Shown here: positions 1 to 10,590 of the stretch, one piece after another | Layout of the letters: each line of letters begins with the position of its first letter | Position numbering within the stretch: the first letter of the stretch is position 1 | Source: an uncultured virus (IMG/VR IMGVR_UViG_3300043119_000141) | Lineage: Duplodnaviria; Heunggongvirae; Uroviricota; Caudoviricetes | Length of the DNA: 64,000 bases | Strand: one strand, 5' to 3' | IMG/VR virus record: IMGVR_UViG_3300043119_000141 | Notes under the pieces: generated by a model | What the model was told of the DNA's origin: nothing | What the model saw: the letters and a program-made list of their open reading frames with translations, nothing else | Database searches by the model: none | Program-made: the position numbers and the translations under genes

Positions 1-99
1 ACCAGCACCCGTGTTAGTAATCGCAGTAACAGTACCACCATTAGAGATATTCACCCCTGAACTACCAGCGGCTAGGTCTATTGCTCCTGTTCCTTTGGA
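1..99. repeat. Exact 99-bp direct repeat, copy 1 (copy 2 at 61988-62086); circularisation/assembly overlap
   Basis: ACCAGCACCC...TCCTTTGGA is identical at both places and diverges at base 100. Confidence 0.9.
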
Positions 100-2235
100 T
101 TGAAATACTTGGGAGATGTTGGTGTCAGGCCCTTGTGACGAAAATACTGGAGATTGAGTTGTTGATGCTCCAGCAACTTGCAAATAATTAACCGCTGTTG
201 CTACAGAGCCATCAATCCTAAATTGACGAGATGTATAACCGTTTTGGTTATAAAAATTAAATGCGCCTGTGCTTTTAGTTATGAAAGCCAAGTTTGGGGC
301 GGCATCGCTACCTTGAGCAGAAATTGTAGGAGGCAAGCCAGTAGCCGCACCAGTCACCTGAACGTAATTGACTGCTGATGCGGTGTGGGCTACTTGGAAT
401 TGATTAAGCCCGCCATTACTTGTTGTAAAAGAAATAGAGCCTGTACCTTTAGAAGTTATAGCAAGGCTTACATTTGTGTCTGAACCTGCTGAACCTAAAA
501 CTGGAGGATTACTTGCTTGTCTACCAGCCGCAAAAATATAATTTACAGCCGACCCAGATAGAAAATACTCTGTTGCTTTAAATGCAGTCCCGTTAGCTGT
601 ATTTAAGTTAACAGCACCAGTACCCTTGGTAGTCAGGTTTAGGTCTATGTTGGTGTCTGAGCCTTGAGATGACAGAATTGGCCCTGAAGCAGTAACAGAG
701 CCAGATGCTTGCAAATAGTTAATAGGGGCTGTAACTGTTCCTGAAACTTGAAACTGTCTATTTCCAGAAGCACCATTTGTGGAAAAGATTAAAGCACCAG
801 TTCCCTTTGAAACAGATGCCAAAGAAACATTTGTATCACTACCCTGTGCGCTAATTGCTGTCCAGTTGGTTGTTGATGAACCAGTTACCTGAACGTAATT
901 GACTGCTGAACCAGTATTGGCAACAACAAGTTGTTTTTGAGTGTTATTGCTTGCGGTGTAAAAGTTAATTGTTCCACCGCCAGTAGAAATCAATCCAAGG
1001 TTGGCGGTATTTGCGGCAACAATCTGTTGTTCATTGATGCCAGCGTTTCGTGTAAATTGCGTGTATGTTGTTGTTCCACCAGCAACAGGGTCAACCTGTA
1101 CGTTACGAGAAGTTGACGAACCTCCTAAGTAAGAAGTTCCAGTAGCAGTAAGCGTAGTAAACGTACCAGCCGCAGGGGTTGTGCCTCCTATGACTGTGTT
1201 GTCAATAGTGCCACCAGTAATTGCAACGGCATTAGCACCTTGTGTAGCAATAGAACCTAATCCAAGATTAGTCCTTGATGTAGATACATCAGCAACGTCT
1301 GAAAGATTATTAGCAGACATCAATGCACCAGCAGCAGACACATATGCGGCTACCCACATAGTGCCTTCATATACTTTCATTACATTAGATGTTGTATTAA
1401 AATACAATGCACCAGTAATTAGTGGATTACCATCGTTATCCACTGTTGGGTCGCTTGCTTTAGGACCAAGATAACGGTCATCAAAGTTATCAAATGCCGC
1501 AAGAGCCGCATCTTTAGCCGCAACAGCAGTTGCCGCTGATGCGCTTGCATTAGACGCACTTGTTGCAGCTCCAGACGCAGAGGATGCAGACTGTACCGCA
1601 TATGCCTGTGCATCAATAGCTGAAAGGTTAGCACTACCACTATAACTTAAAGCACTGTTCTTATATCCTTCGGCTTGTGACGCTGAGGTAGCCGCATTTG
1701 AAGCAGAGATACCCGCAGACGTAGCTGAGGTACCCGCAGTTGTTGCACTGGCAAAAGCTAAGTTAGCCTGTGTAGTCGCTGTGTTAGCTGAAGATGAAGC
1801 ACTGCTTGCTGAATTACTTGCGTTAGTTGCTGAGGTAGATGCGTTAGATGCTGAAGTAGAAGCATTAGACGCAGACGTACTTGCGCTAGTAGCACTTGCT
1901 AAAGCCTCAGCCGCCTTTGTTGTTGCTACACCAGACGCAGATGTTGCGGTAGTAGCTGAATTAGTTGCAGACGTTGCCGCATTAGTTGCCGTTGTTGCCG
2001 CAGATGTTGCTGTTGAAGCAGAAGCCGTAGCAGAGTTAGCAGAGGATAAAGCAGATGAAGCAGAACTTGCAGCAGCAGTTGCAGAAGCTTGTGCTTGTGT
2101 TGCAGCTAATTCAGCCGCAGCCGCTTCCTCTGCAGCCAATTGTTGATAACTTACATTTGTTGTTGTGTTTACGTCATCATATTGTCCACCACTAGATATA
2201 CTAGCGGTTGACCCAGGTTTTTGTTCATATGCCAT
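1..2235 (-). CDS. Long tail fibre, N-terminal 745 codons (runs off window start; continues in frame at 61987 if circularised)
   Basis: Not in the ORF track because it has no stop in the window. ATG at 2235 (MAYEQKPGSTASISSGGQYDD), Ala/Ser/Thr-rich coiled region, FDDRYLG..DPTVDNDGNPLITGALYFNT motif shared with 55864-57183, then repeated QGSDTNI/KGTG/AVNY fibre modules. Confidence 0.85.
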   Translation of the reverse strand, partial: MAYEQKPGSTASISSGGQYDDVNTTTNVSYQQLAAEEAAAAELAATQAQASATAAASSASSALSSANSATASASTATSAATTATNAATSATNSATTATSASGVATTKAAEALASATSASTSASNASTSASNASTSATNASNSASSASSSANTATTQANLAFASATTAGTSATSAGISASNAATSASQAEGYKNSALSYSGSANLSAIDAQAYAVQSASSASGAATSASNASASAATAVAAKDAALAAFDNFDDRYLGPKASDPTVDNDGNPLITGALYFNTTSNVMKVYEGTMWVAAYVSAAGALMSANNLSDVADVSTSRTNLGLGSIATQGANAVAITGGTIDNTVIGGTTPAAGTFTTLTATGTSYLGGSSTSRNVQVDPVAGGTTTYTQFTRNAGINEQQIVAANTANLGLISTGGGTINFYTASNNTQKQLVVANTGSAVNYVQVTGSSTTNWTAISAQGSDTNVSLASVSKGTGALIFSTNGASGNRQFQVSGTVTAPINYLQASGSVTASGPILSSQGSDTNIDLNLTTKGTGAVNLNTANGTAFKATEYFLSGSAVNYIFAAGRQASNPPVLGSAGSDTNVSLAITSKGTGSISFTTSNGGLNQFQVAHTASAVNYVQVTGAATGLPPTISAQGSDAAPNLAFITKSTGAFNFYNQNGYTSRQFRIDGSVATAVNYLQVAGASTTQSPVFSSQGPDTNISQVFQSKGTGAIDLAAGSSGVNISNGGTVTAITNTGAG

Positions 2236-2245
2236 TATTTACCTC

Positions 2246-3157
2246 TCAAATTAAACCATTTGTATTAAAATTGGTTTGAACATTACCACCCAGACTTCTA
2301 CGCCACTTTTCTTCTTTGTTCAAAGATTGAATGTTATCGGAGAATTTACCGTAGTATCGCTGTTCCATTTTATCGTCAAACAGGTATGCACCTAAATTAT
2401 AGAGTGCACCCCAGATTAATAGTCGTTCATTCTGGTCTCTCAACCAGTTATCTACTTCATTACCAATATACATCTTTGTTGTTACTGTTGGGTTATACGC
2501 TGACGCTTCTGCATAAGTAGCAAAACATTGCGTAACACCATCTTTTGTACTAAAATAAAGATTAGTACCACCAGACACAACCAGAGTTAAATATGGTTGA
2601 TAAGCATCTGAAAGATTAATAATGTAGTTAATAGGTGTAACATTATAAACAGCATTAAGAGATGGAAGTCGTTTGTAATAATGAATCTCTAATGTAGCAC
2701 CAACAGCTAATTGTGGGTGAATATAAATTTTATTGTCTTGCCACATCCAGTTGTATACAGAATATTTTTCACTGTATAAATCAAAGAATGTTCTTTTGTC
2801 TGTTACTTCATTAAATACTTTACTTACATTAGATGGATAAGTAGAATATGTTGTACCCATATTATCCTGAGCAAGTGTACGAATATAAGTAAACTGTGTT
2901 AAGTCTTCAGGAATATTAAACGAGGTATAAGCGTTACCATAAGGAAGACCTGCGCTTCCGTCTCCTGTATTGTCTCCAGCTACAACTGTGTAGGTTACTG
3001 TTTCTTCCAATGGGGGAATACGTAACAATCGATAGCACTCATCAGCAGAATATGATAAGCAATCCTGAATGACGCTGTCTGGAATAGTATTTACTTCGGG
3101 TTTGTTTGACCAGTCACGTACTTTAGCTACGAGTGCGTCATATCGGGGTGTTGCCAT
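2246..3157 (-). CDS. Head-tail adaptor / tail tubular protein A-like
   Basis: N-terminus YDALVAKVRDW..IPD..I....E.YRLLR and C-terminal NWL...LLIWGAL resemble podovirus adaptors; lies between capsid and fibre genes. Confidence 0.65.
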   Translation of the reverse strand: MATPRYDALVAKVRDWSNKPEVNTIPDSVIQDCLSYSADECYRLLRIPPLEETVTYTVVAGDNTGDGSAGLPYGNAYTSFNIPEDLTQFTYIRTLAQDNMGTTYSTYPSNVSKVFNEVTDKRTFFDLYSEKYSVYNWMWQDNKIYIHPQLAVGATLEIHYYKRLPSLNAVYNVTPINYIINLSDAYQPYLTLVVSGGTNLYFSTKDGVTQCFATYAEASAYNPTVTTKMYIGNEVDNWLRDQNERLLIWGALYNLGAYLFDDKMEQRYYGKFSDNIQSLNKEEKWRRSLGGNVQTNFNTNGLI

Positions 3158-3177
3158 ATTATTATTCTCCTAATATA

Positions 3178-3501
3178 TCAGAGAGCCTTTACATTACTTG
3201 TTTTAAGCAAAGGATAGTCTGTTTCAATAATTTGTTTTAGTCGTCTCATGCTTGCGGGATCGTGCATGAATGTGTCTGAATGAATATCCAGACCATATTT
3301 AGTTAAGATATCGATAGCTACAATATCTGGGATAATAGCAAATGATCGATAAGTACGACCATTAGCGGCAAAGGAGTCTAGCTCACGTTGCTGTGCGGCA
3401 TACTCTTTGTATGCGCCTACATCTTGTTCAAGACGAAAGTCTTTTTCGTCAGTCTTAACTTGGAAACTATTTTTGTTTCCTTCTTGTGATAGAAAGCCCA
3501 T
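3178..3501 (-). CDS. Conserved phage hypothetical protein downstream of capsid
   Basis: 107-aa ORF with RBS, in structural operon. Confidence 0.6.
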   Translation of the reverse strand: MGFLSQEGNKNSFQVKTDEKDFRLEQDVGAYKEYAAQQRELDSFAANGRTYRSFAIIPDIVAIDILTKYGLDIHSDTFMHDPASMRRLKQIIETDYPLLKTSNVKAL

Positions 3502-3514
3502 GTGTCCTCTTACA

Positions 3515-3802
3515 TTAATTGGTCATGTAGTTGCTGAAAGCACCGTCATTAGTGAAACAACCATATTCATATTTTGTATTAGCACCTGTAAACGCAGGTG
3601 TTGCCGCAACCACCAAAGCTCCAGCAGTTCCATTAGCACCGTCATAATATTTTACCTGAGTAATCTTACCACGAATAACTTTTGGTGCGGCATAACTAGA
3701 GCCAGCATCATAAGTGTCTGCAGATGTAGCAACATTTACTACATGATTATCAGGAATATATTGACGAGTACCATCTGTAGCAGTAATTCGTAGAAATTCC
3801 AT
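3515..3802 (-). CDS. Putative virion protein
   Basis: 95-aa ORF with AAGGA RBS just after capsid terminator. Confidence 0.55.
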   Translation of the reverse strand: MEFLRITATDGTRQYIPDNHVVNVATSADTYDAGSSYAAPKVIRGKITQVKYYDGANGTAGALVVAATPAFTGANTKYEYGCFTNDGAFSNYMTN

Positions 3803-3822
3803 TTGTGTTCCTTTTGAGATTT

Positions 3823-3863
3823 AAAAATAAAAAGGGAAGTAAGGTTTCCCTCACCTCCCTTTA
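3823..3863 (-). terminator. Rho-independent terminator after major capsid gene
   Basis: AAGGGAGGTGAGG-GAAA-CCTTACTTCCCTT followed by T-run on the - strand. Confidence 0.75.
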
Positions 3864-3881
3864 TAGGTTAGTTAGCTACTA

Positions 3882-4997
3882 TTAAGCGCCAGACAAACCG
3901 AAAATCATTCCGCATCCTTTTGGATTCCTGCACTCAAGTGTACCCTCTTCAACGATTTGACCGATGATAGAGTCACCCAGCTGACCGAGGTCAACTTCTT
4001 GCAGAGGACGCAAGCTAGCGTAGCTGAACCACATTGGGTCATACAAGAACGCTGTGAAGTTAGCTGCATTGTCTAAACCAGAAACAGCAGTATTAGAAAT
4101 ACCCATTACGTAGTTAGGAACAACCATGATGTCACCGAAGTCAGACATGTAGATTTCAACTGACTGACGGAGTTTACCGTCTGCGTCAATGTTACGGCGA
4201 ACGTTACCGTCACCAGCATTAGAAGTGCTAGAACCTGCAGACTGAGCCTTAGCAGAGAACACACGACGGTTAGCAGGAGACAACATCAATTTAGTTGCCT
4301 TACCACCGTTTTCGTAGATGCCTTGCATTACTGTGTCAACGTGTGACAAAGCCAAAGAGACTTTATCAGCAGAAGTAACAGTAGTGAAAGTACCGCAAAC
4401 ACCACCACCTGGATTTGTAGGTGCTGTGTACTCAGAAGGAGTAGTTAACACGTTCAAAGCAGTAGCAGGAGTTGTGCTAGCAGCAGTGTAGTTAACCCAA
4501 GCTTGGTAGCCACCGAAAGTACGGGTGCCAGAACCGTTAGAAGATTTCCAACCGTTTACCAAGTCGAACTCAACGTCACGGCGAAGTTCGGTACCACGCT
4601 TTTTGAGCTGGTAAGCGTATTCGTCAGCAACACCAGCTTGGTCAACAGCACGTTTAGTGCCAGTAACTGTAACTGTTTTAGAGTTGATCTGTGTGTAGTT
4701 ACCCAAACGTGTACGGAAGGGTTCAGCTGCTTGAGCTGCATTTTGTGTAGAATATGATACACCCTCGGCAACAGGAGCAGAAGTTGGGGCTGCCAACTCG
4801 TCTGTTTGCCACTCGTGAAACACAGCCGTAGCTTTTGTCTTGCCGATAGAGGACAAGAAAGGTGTCTCATCACGAGAGATCATAGAAATAAAGTTCGCCA
4901 AGTCTTCACGCTCACCAGCGTTGACAGCGTTACCAGTAGCAGATGCGCTACGTGCGGCAGCCTTAGGGCCACCTGTTGCAAAAGTTTGTCCAGCCAT
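3882..4997 (-). CDS. Major capsid protein (HK97 fold, SU10/DUF5309-like)
   Basis: REDLANFISMISRDETPFLS..K.KATAVFHEWQTDEL, RLGNYTQI, YQLKKRGTELRRDVE, SDFG motifs; follows scaffold gene. Confidence 0.9.
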   Translation of the reverse strand: MAGQTFATGGPKAAARSASATGNAVNAGEREDLANFISMISRDETPFLSSIGKTKATAVFHEWQTDELAAPTSAPVAEGVSYSTQNAAQAAEPFRTRLGNYTQINSKTVTVTGTKRAVDQAGVADEYAYQLKKRGTELRRDVEFDLVNGWKSSNGSGTRTFGGYQAWVNYTAASTTPATALNVLTTPSEYTAPTNPGGGVCGTFTTVTSADKVSLALSHVDTVMQGIYENGGKATKLMLSPANRRVFSAKAQSAGSSTSNAGDGNVRRNIDADGKLRQSVEIYMSDFGDIMVVPNYVMGISNTAVSGLDNAANFTAFLYDPMWFSYASLRPLQEVDLGQLGDSIIGQIVEEGTLECRNPKGCGMIFGLSGA

Positions 4998-5026
4998 TTT
5001 TTATTTTCCTTTTAGTGAGAAATGTT

Positions 5027-6163
5027 TTAAAGTTTTTTGCTCACCGAAGAAATACGTTTTAGAAAATCTAATTCGTCTTGTTTAGATCCTTGACCATTAA
5101 GAACTTTAGCTCGGTTATTATTAACGGCTTGCTTCTCTTTTTGAGAACTCGGTGTTCCCTTCTTTGAGGGTATCGATTTCACGTTTGGAGTTGCCTTTCG
5201 TTTTGCTTCACCTGTTTCTTTTGCAGTTTTAAGTTTACGATAATCATTGATGAATTTGACTACGTTAGGGTCATAAATACCCTCTAGTAATTCTTCAGGA
5301 ATACCTTCTTTAATAGCGAACTCACGAATATTCTTAGCAACTTTTTCTGAGTAGTCAGGAATAAGAGTCGTAATCGTCTCTTCATACTGCTTCAGTAACA
5401 CTTGTTGTTGTTCAATTTGTTGAGCTTGAATCTTTTCGACTACAGATTTAGTTTGTTGTTCACGTTTATTACGTGCGTTCCAATACTTTTCCTGTACTTC
5501 TTCAAGTTGCTCTTTGAGTTCCCTAGCTGTGTAGGTATCACCTTCTTCTCGGGCTTTATCGATTTCGCCTTTGACTTTATGATATTGTTGTGCAAGATTA
5601 GTTTCAACAGCGGTTAGTTCTTCATTAATAACTGAACCAAGTTGAATAATCTCTTGTAACTTTTCTGCTCGTTCTTGGTCGATCTGTTTCTTCAGTTCGC
5701 CTAATTCACGCCCCTTTTGAGATAGATGTTTGTCAGTAGAATAACCCTTACGGATTTCTTCTAGGGTAACATACTCGGTTTTACCGTCAACTGTGACAGG
5801 TACTTTGTACTCCCAGTCAATATCTTCTTCAGAAGGCAATTCAGTATCTTGGGTAGACGTATCATCCTCAACATTATCTTCTTCCTCTGAGTCACTTGAC
5901 TCTTCCTCTTCATCTAGGTCATTTTCAGACTCGGTATCGTTCTCTTCTTGGGCTTCTTCTTCCGATACTTCATCTGGACTTGGGACGTCATCGCCTTCTT
6001 CTGGTAGAGATTCTTTAAGACCCAACAGTTCTGCTGCTGGAGAATTACGTAGAATGTCATCAAGGCTCTTCACTTCCAAGTCTGCACTATTCGATCCGTC
6101 ATCAAAACTCTGGCTACTGATTTCAGAAGCTGGAGTGCTGGTAGAGAGATGTGGTAGATTCAT
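5027..6163 (-). CDS. Capsid scaffolding protein
   Basis: Highly acidic N-half, V.VDG..EYVTLEE.RKGY..D..LSQK motif, coiled coil; directly upstream of capsid gene. Confidence 0.8.
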   Translation of the reverse strand: MNLPHLSTSTPASEISSQSFDDGSNSADLEVKSLDDILRNSPAAELLGLKESLPEEGDDVPSPDEVSEEEAQEENDTESENDLDEEEESSDSEEEDNVEDDTSTQDTELPSEEDIDWEYKVPVTVDGKTEYVTLEEIRKGYSTDKHLSQKGRELGELKKQIDQERAEKLQEIIQLGSVINEELTAVETNLAQQYHKVKGEIDKAREEGDTYTARELKEQLEEVQEKYWNARNKREQQTKSVVEKIQAQQIEQQQVLLKQYEETITTLIPDYSEKVAKNIREFAIKEGIPEELLEGIYDPNVVKFINDYRKLKTAKETGEAKRKATPNVKSIPSKKGTPSSQKEKQAVNNNRAKVLNGQGSKQDELDFLKRISSVSKKL

Positions 6164-6187
6164 AATATTCTTTTACCTTTGTGTCCG

Positions 6188-6424
6188 TTATTGTTTGGCT
6201 TCAGCTTTAGCTTTTTTAGCTACAGCCATACGTTCAGCGAAATCTGCCTTAGGTTTTTCCATAAGACGATCAATAGCATCAATTGCATTTGTTAAATTAA
6301 CAAAAGTTGGTGCATAATTCCCCGCTCGACCTACGCCGCCATTTGATCCGCATTGGACCAATTCACGTAGGATTTCTTCTCGTGCTTTCTCAAGCACATC
6401 TTTTGCCTTACTCATATCACTCAT
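6188..6424 (-). CDS. Hypothetical protein
   Basis: Start reassigned to MSDMSKAK, which has a GAGGA RBS and is coupled to the upstream stop. Confidence 0.55.
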   Translation of the reverse strand: MSDMSKAKDVLEKAREEILRELVQCGSNGGVGRAGNYAPTFVNLTNAIDAIDRLMEKPKADFAERMAVAKKAKAEAKQ

Positions 6425-6425
6425 A

Positions 6426-6782
6426 TTATTCCTCAGACCCCTCTTGGGTATTTTTGTTTTGTTGATTAATGAACTTAACGTTATTACCGTACATTTCAAT
6501 ACCAACTAGTTTTTCCTTAACACTACCTAATGCCATAGCAGTATGATACAGATACTCTCGTTCCTTGGAACAATGAGGCTCTGTCTTCAACCACGTAACA
6601 AAAAGGTCAGCGAGGATTTCGCTATATGCGTCACCAAAGAATTGTTCACGTTCTCGCTGAACAAACTCTGCACGACCTAAAGCGACTTGGGCTTCACGGA
6701 AAGGTTCTACCTTCATATGCCCGTCTTCATGATCCATCCGTGGTTTCACTTTCTTGTGGAACCCATCTCGGTATTTATCCAT
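6426..6782 (-). CDS. Conserved hypothetical protein between portal and scaffold
   Basis: 118-aa ORF with EREYLY motif, at a position typical for this protein. Confidence 0.6.
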   Translation of the reverse strand: MDKYRDGFHKKVKPRMDHEDGHMKVEPFREAQVALGRAEFVQREREQFFGDAYSEILADLFVTWLKTEPHCSKEREYLYHTAMALGSVKEKLVGIEMYGNNVKFINQQNKNTQEGSEE

Positions 6783-6827
6783 AATTTATTTCTAAAAAGA
6801 CTCCCCCATTCCTGAGGGAGGTTATTG

Positions 6828-9083
6828 TTACATCATTGGGTTTTCACCAGCAGCCGCAGGACCAGCCTGTGGTTGAGGTGCTTGACTACCTGTAGGTTTA
6901 CTTGCATCCATATGCAAGTCACCTTGAATAAAGGATTGTGCAAGTGTTAGGAGTTCTTTAACATCAGGGTGGGGAGGAGGTTCAACACCTTCTTTAGCCG
7001 CTTGAATATAAAGTTTACCCCATTCTTGGTAACTCTTGTCCAAAGCAACCATAAGCTGTTTGGTATTATCCTGCATAGCATTCTTAGCTTGTACATTAGT
7101 GAGATCAAGGGTTGCTTGATTCTGTGCTATAGTAAGCATCTTGATTTGTTCTTCAAGTTGCTTCTGCTTCTCCATTGCCGCCATTTCAGCTTCTCGAGAC
7201 TTCTTAGCTTGTTCAATGAAATTAGGATCAGTGTAATCAACAAGGAAGTCAAGTGGATCAAGATCCATAGACTCAATTGCCTTACACGCAATAGTTACTG
7301 CTGCTTGTGGGTTAACAGCACCACCAGCTCCTGCTTGTTGCAGTGCTGGAATAATCTGTTGACCAACAACATTCATCTTCTTCATGATATTGCTGTTACT
7401 GTTTTCACCAACATCAACATCAACATAGAGCATCAAGTTACTTGGCAAAGTACCAGGATCAACTGACTTATACAAGTCATTCTGATCATAGTAACCAACT
7501 TCTTGACCACGGAGTTTATCCCGCATTGTCTTGTAAATACCTTCACATAAACGTTTAAAACCTGTTTCAGCAAATCTACGAGCCATAAATTGAATACGTA
7601 CTTGAGCCGCAGACATAGCTCTCTGCATCTTTTCTTCTGAGTTACCAGATACGTATAGCGTGTCGTTGAGACCCTGAGCTGCTTTAGACAAACCAGTAGC
7701 TTGTTCTTTATGTAGTTGTAACAACTCAAGAACAGGAACTGTACCAGTACTGATAGTGTCTGGTGTCAAAGCCGCCACAGCATTGTTTGGATTACCGTTT
7801 GTGGCAATAATCTGTTTAGGCTTCATGTTCTGTAGAGCACTGAAGTCAACAACATTAGGGTCAGCAAGCTTAGGTGAGTAGTTAGTAAGATATACGTTCT
7901 CAATAAAACCACGCATAACTGCTGTTGAAGCAAGCGTAGTTGGACGAATCATATCTGCAACTGACAAACCAAAGAATTCGTGAGGTACTTCAAAGGGACA
8001 AAGAGTCGCCAATGGAATCATATCACAATCTTCTTCAAGGAGAATAGTTGAGCCAGCAATAATAAAGTGCTTTAACTCAGCAATACCGTCTCCATCACGG
8101 TCTACACGTAACCAACACTCAATAACAGTAAGTTGTCGATTAGCTTCTGACGGGAATAGCTCCCGTGAATTTCCCCCAAGCCAGTACTCTTCACCAACCA
8201 GACGCTTACGAGCAGCTTGCTCTTCGGTGTACTTGGTAGCCCAATCATAGCTACCGTCTCCAATGGCGTCCCAGTCGATATTCTCTGCTATGTCAGGGAA
8301 AAACTTTCTAACTTCAGAACGAGTCATGTCGATCTGAATACCCACAAATGCCGCATCATCAAGTGAGTGCGCATCCCGTGTAATACGGAAACATTCTGGG
8401 TGTACATTCTTAATCAAGACACGAGTCTTGTTATGTTTCTTTTTAAGGCGAACATCTTTGTATACCATGTTGTATACAGCATTACCTTGTTCATCGGTAC
8501 CTAGTTCTTGTTCATACTTAAGGTCACCAATGATTTCTACATTATCTTCAGATAACAAAAGATCTAGATTTTCTTGGCTGATAGAGTCAAACTCTTCAAA
8601 CTGATAATCAAAATCTTCAATATATTCCCAACGGACAATACTATTCTTCCACAAAAGAGCAGACTTAACCCATGTATTGAGAACTTCCCAACCAGGATTC
8701 TGCTTAAAGATTCCATAGTTAACAAGGTCAGAAGCTACTTTAGCTTCATGATACGCCTTAGGGGAATTACCAGCAGGGATAAACCTTGCAATCTTATTGT
8801 TGTTAAACATAAGTTCAGCAAGGATAGCTGTGTATCCTTCAATAGCTTCTACAGTGTCTGATGAGACAATCTGAGAAGCACCCTGAGGAGTCAGGTGGAA
8901 CATTGGCATCATGCCGTATTCGTATGTGGCTTTCTGACGTTCACGAGCAAGGTCGGAACTATTCAAGAAGTCACCAACAGAGTTCATTACACCCTGTTCG
9001 ATCATGGCTAGGAGTTCATTGTCTCCTACCGGATCTTTATATCTATCCACAAAGCGGATAATATCTTTTGTCGAATCACTCAT
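6828..9083 (-). CDS. Portal protein
   Basis: 751 aa; SQIVSSDTVEAIE, VIECWLRVDRDGDGIAEL, PHEFFGLSVAD, EQATGLS motifs; Q-rich C-terminal barrel. Confidence 0.9.
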   Translation of the reverse strand: MSDSTKDIIRFVDRYKDPVGDNELLAMIEQGVMNSVGDFLNSSDLARERQKATYEYGMMPMFHLTPQGASQIVSSDTVEAIEGYTAILAELMFNNNKIARFIPAGNSPKAYHEAKVASDLVNYGIFKQNPGWEVLNTWVKSALLWKNSIVRWEYIEDFDYQFEEFDSISQENLDLLLSEDNVEIIGDLKYEQELGTDEQGNAVYNMVYKDVRLKKKHNKTRVLIKNVHPECFRITRDAHSLDDAAFVGIQIDMTRSEVRKFFPDIAENIDWDAIGDGSYDWATKYTEEQAARKRLVGEEYWLGGNSRELFPSEANRQLTVIECWLRVDRDGDGIAELKHFIIAGSTILLEEDCDMIPLATLCPFEVPHEFFGLSVADMIRPTTLASTAVMRGFIENVYLTNYSPKLADPNVVDFSALQNMKPKQIIATNGNPNNAVAALTPDTISTGTVPVLELLQLHKEQATGLSKAAQGLNDTLYVSGNSEEKMQRAMSAAQVRIQFMARRFAETGFKRLCEGIYKTMRDKLRGQEVGYYDQNDLYKSVDPGTLPSNLMLYVDVDVGENSNSNIMKKMNVVGQQIIPALQQAGAGGAVNPQAAVTIACKAIESMDLDPLDFLVDYTDPNFIEQAKKSREAEMAAMEKQKQLEEQIKMLTIAQNQATLDLTNVQAKNAMQDNTKQLMVALDKSYQEWGKLYIQAAKEGVEPPPHPDVKELLTLAQSFIQGDLHMDASKPTGSQAPQPQAGPAAAGENPMM

Positions 9084-9144
9084 TGTAAACCTTTCTTGGT
9101 TTCAATCTATCAATCAATCAAAGCCTACAATGGCTTAATATATT

Positions 9145-9891
9145 TTAGGTGGCGGCTACTGTTACAATAACGTATTCATACACCATGTAGTCTGTAGCTA
9201 CTGCCAACTGACCTGTAAAAGTAAGAATTACATCAGAACTTGTATCTTCTGAAGCATATACTGCTGCGGTAGCGGAAGCACCATGGCCAAGAGCAGTCAA
9301 TGGGGTACCAAGCTGTCGTGTTAATTTACCACGGTTAGTCAAATCTTTATCAATGTTAGTGCAAAGACTTGTTGTAATTGCTGAATTATGAATCGTTGTA
9401 GATCCAAAAACAACCTTAGGTGTTTTAGCATTAGCGTTACTTGGAGTTGAAATCAAAAGTTTAATAACAACTTGTCCAGTAGGACCTATCAAATTAGCTG
9501 GGATTGTTTCCCGCATCAAAGTCAAGTCAGATGCAGTTGTTTGTGTATAAGCACTATTAGAGCCTACTGCATTAACATGAAGTACATTTGCTGGGTCATA
9601 TGGAGCAAAATCATAATTTGCTGGATTAGCATAAATAGCAAACACTTGTCCTACAGTAGTAGAACTAAACTCAGCATAATACAAACCTGCTGCACCACCT
9701 ACTACCGCACCTGCGGGTAGCCATACCCATGCATCACTGTATACTGTAGGCAAAGCAGTAGATAAAGTAATTGTACCGTTAGTTGCTACTGTACCGTTAG
9801 ATGGAATAATAACTGGAACACCAGCTCCCATAATACTAACTTCTGACACCGCTGTACTAACAAAAGTACTGCCTAATTTTAATTGACCCAT
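9145..9891 (-). CDS. Putative virion structural protein
   Basis: Thr/Ala/Gly-rich beta-type sequence; start at MGQLKLG with AAGGAG RBS. Confidence 0.5.
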   Translation of the reverse strand: MGQLKLGSTFVSTAVSEVSIMGAGVPVIIPSNGTVATNGTITLSTALPTVYSDAWVWLPAGAVVGGAAGLYYAEFSSTTVGQVFAIYANPANYDFAPYDPANVLHVNAVGSNSAYTQTTASDLTLMRETIPANLIGPTGQVVIKLLISTPSNANAKTPKVVFGSTTIHNSAITTSLCTNIDKDLTNRGKLTRQLGTPLTALGHGASATAAVYASEDTSSDVILTFTGQLAVATDYMVYEYVIVTVAAT

Positions 9892-10163
9892 ATAAATTCT
9901 CCTTATGATTGTCCTTATGATCGTCATAAGGGTATGTGTATGTGCTACTAATTCTTTAATCACCCTGCTAGTAGCCAACAAAGTAGAAGTAAACTTCTCT
10001 TAGGACACAAGGACTAACTCTTTCGGGGATTAAAATCTTTAAGAATTTTATCACCGATTTTTTCCTGTGGATTCAAGAGACGACCACCTTGTTGAGGTTT
10101 AATCAAACTCTTGAATTGTTCTTTTTCTTTACCTGTCAGAGGTACATTCATTTGTGCCATATA

Positions 10164-10424
10164 TCACCATTTAACTTTATTAGCCCAATATGCCGCAGAC
10201 AGTGGTCCCTTAGCAATATTGGATGCATGACGAGCTTTAAAAGCTTCATTACGCTTTGAACCATCGGGACTACCCTGTGTACCTTGTTGACCAAAACGAA
10301 TCGTCTTAATTGTGTCATTACTCTTGGCAACAACAATATGACTCTTTTTAGGGTGACTAGGTGTACGCTTAGGCTTATTAAAGCCAGATACACCAGCTCT
10401 TTCTAGACGTGGATCTTTTGCCAT
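10164..10424 (-). CDS. Conserved small basic phage protein
   Basis: NKPKRTPSHPKKSH.V...IRFGQQG...FKARH...SAAYWA.KVKW pattern common near terminase genes. Confidence 0.65.
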   Translation of the reverse strand: MAKDPRLERAGVSGFNKPKRTPSHPKKSHIVVAKSNDTIKTIRFGQQGTQGSPDGSKRNEAFKARHASNIAKGPLSAAYWANKVKW

Positions 10425-10425
10425 T

Positions 10426-10581
10426 CTATTTTCCCTTCTTAGCAGTCTTAGCAGACTCTTTAAAACTCTTATCTGTTGGAGCACCTTTGCTACCAACTTT
10501 ACGCATTTTCTCTCCGGAACCCTCGGCTATACGTTTTCGTTTAGCATGGATGTTGTCATACAATCCTTGTTTAGTTGCCAT
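10426..10581 (-). CDS. Small basic protein (51 aa, below ORF-track cutoff)
   Basis: MATKQGLYDNIHAKRKRIAEGSGEKMRKVGSKGAPT; fills the gap between terL and the next gene. Confidence 0.6.
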   Translation of the reverse strand: MATKQGLYDNIHAKRKRIAEGSGEKMRKVGSKGAPTDKSFKESAKTAKKGK

Positions 10582-10590
10582 ATTAATTCC

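Noticed and set aside
1781..2146. Ala/Glu/Val-rich + strand ORF, and similar ones at 5793-6317, 47856-48203 and 50578-50880
   Set aside because: Antisense shadows of repetitive structural genes
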